The position numbers and the translations under genes are program-made. A DNA stretch of 32,000 bases from Pelagibacteraceae bacterium (GTDB lineage: Bacteria > Pseudomonadota > Alphaproteobacteria > HIMB59): the NCBI GenBank assembly GCA_008638215.1, contig VTPN01000003.1, forward strand, positions 16,550 to 48,549, in the 5' to 3' direction. Position 1 is the stretch's first letter. Each line of letters begins with the position of its first letter. A model generated the notes under the pieces. The model ran no database searches and had not been told where the DNA came from. It saw only the letters and a program-made list of their open reading frames with translations. Positions 30,792-32,000 of the stretch are shown one piece after another.

Positions 30792-32000
30792 TAGTTGGTT
30801 ACCTCATTTGGAAAATGCTTGATTACAGAGAGTAAAGGGTTAGGAGCAGCCTGCCCTAATCCACATATTGATGCGTCCATCATTGCGGATGATAACTCTT
30901 TGAGTAGCTCAACGTCCCATGAACTTTCATTCATTAATTTAAGTGCTTTTTCTGTTCCATTTCTACAAGGTGTGCACTGACCACAGCTTTCGTCATGAAA
31001 GAAAAACATTAAATTCTTGGCAATTTCGCTCATTTTGTCTTTATCTGACAAAACAACGACGGCAGCTGAGCCTATAAAGCATCCGTGCTCTTGAAGAGTG
31101 TCAAAGTCTAAAGGGACACTATCCATAGAAGCGGGTAAGATACCTCCTGATGCTCCACCTGGAAGATACGCCTTAAAAATATGATTTTCTTGCATTCCCC
31201 CACAGTACTCTTCGATTAATTGTTTAATGGTAATGCCGGCAGGAGCGAGTTTAACGCCAGGATTTTTAACTCTTCCAGAGACAGAAAATGTTCTTAAGCC
31301 TTTTCTATTATTCAAACCATGACTACTAAACCAGACAGCCCCTTTTTCTAAAATCTCTCTTACCCAGAAAACCGTTTCTACATTATGAATAAGTGTTGGT
31401 CTTCCAAACAATCCAACTTGGGAAGGGAAAGGAGGTTTGTGTCTCGGAAGACCTCTTTTGCCCTCAAGACTTTCAAGCATCGAAGATTCTTCTCCACATA
31501 TGTAAGCGCCCGCCCCTCTTCTTAAATGTATTCTTGTTTTGAAATTTAAATTATTTTCTTCAACTATTTTAATTTCTTTTTTTAAAAATTTGATCACATC
31601 AGGATATTCATCTCTCATATAAATATAAACATCTGTTGCTTCAACAACCCAAGCTGCAATCAACATTCCTTCAAGAAAACGATGAGGATCTCGAGAAAGA
31701 TAATGATGATCCTTGAAAGTTCCCGGCTCTCCTTCATCTCCATTAATAGCCATTAATCTTGGTTGTTTTTCAGCTCTAACAAATCTCCATTTTTTTCCTG
31801 TGGGAAATCCTGCCCCACCCAATCCTCTAAGACCGGATAATTCCATTTCTTCTATTAATTCCATTGGATTTTTTTTGTTTTCTAAACATTCTTTTAAGAT
31901 CTTGTATCCACCAGATTTTGTGTAGTTTTCAAAGTTGATATATTCAGGAGTTGAAGGTTTTATATCGTTGTTATCAATGGAAGTTTTTATTTTTTCAATA
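30791..32000 (-). CDS. fdsB: NAD-linked formate dehydrogenase beta (NuoF-like FMN/NAD(H)-binding) subunit, 5'-truncated by the window edge
   Basis: Motifs present are SGLRGLGGAGFPTGKKW (FMN site), NGDEGEPGTFKD (NADH site) and ESCGQCTPCRNG...ICGLG ([4Fe-4S] N3-type). The ORF track starts at the Met at 31864. The same frame stays open upstream to position 32000, reading ...IEKIKTSIDNNDIKPSTPEYINFENYTKSGGYKILKECLENKKNP-MELIEE. That stretch contains the conserved Y-x-x-x-GGY-x-x-L segment of NuoF/FdsB, so the gene begins beyond the window. Confidence 0.88.
   Translation of the reverse strand, partial: IEKIKTSIDNNDIKPSTPEYINFENYTKSGGYKILKECLENKKNPMELIEEMELSGLRGLGGAGFPTGKKWRFVRAEKQPRLMAINGDEGEPGTFKDHHYLSRDPHRFLEGMLIAAWVVEATDVYIYMRDEYPDVIKFLKKEIKIVEENNLNFKTRIHLRRGAGAYICGEESSMLESLEGKRGLPRHKPPFPSQVGLFGRPTLIHNVETVFWVREILEKGAVWFSSHGLNNRKGLRTFSVSGRVKNPGVKLAPAGITIKQLIEEYCGGMQENHIFKAYLPGGASGGILPASMDSVPLDFDTLQEHGCFIGSAAVVVLSDKDKMSEIAKNLMFFFHDESCGQCTPCRNGTEKALKLMNESSWDVELLKELSSAMMDASICGLGQAAPNPLLSVIKHFPNEVTN

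Overview
No convincing novel system found; this is core housekeeping DNA. The window is strongly AT-rich and extremely compact. Its gene order (adk between secY and rpsM) and protein sequences look alphaproteobacterial, and the streamlining suggests a Pelagibacterales-like genome (inference only, no search run). Positions 1-26533 form one co-directional minus-strand block. From high to low coordinates it reads: tRNA-Tyr, tRNA-Gly, tuf, tRNA-Trp, secE, nusG, rplKAJL, rpoBC, rpsL, rpsG, fusA, the S10 and spc ribosomal-protein clusters, secY, adk, rpsM and the start of rpsK. Three genes were corrected or added relative to the ORF track. rpmC (51 aa) is missing from the track. rpsK is truncated at the left window edge. 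The NuoF-like formate dehydrogenase beta gene stays open through the right window edge. The right end (26.6-32 kb) holds a divergent SpoU/TrmH (RlmB-like) methyltransferase, tRNA-Thr, one orphan tail-anchored coiled-coil ORF, and a convergent Cys-type NAD-linked formate dehydrogenase beta/alpha pair. I saw no mobile elements, CRISPR arrays, defence or toxin genes, inteins or pseudogenes. Points worth a second look are modest: the orphan ORF, whose stop codon overlaps the FDH alpha stop; loss of tufA and rpmD from their canonical slots; almost no room for classical ribosomal-protein leader RNAs; an identical TTGACT-N17 promoter-like motif in three of the five larger gaps, one implying a nearly leaderless rpsL; and tRNA-Trp sitting 12 nt upstream of secE. 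All calls come from reading the sequence and ORF track by eye. No searches, folds or statistics were computed.
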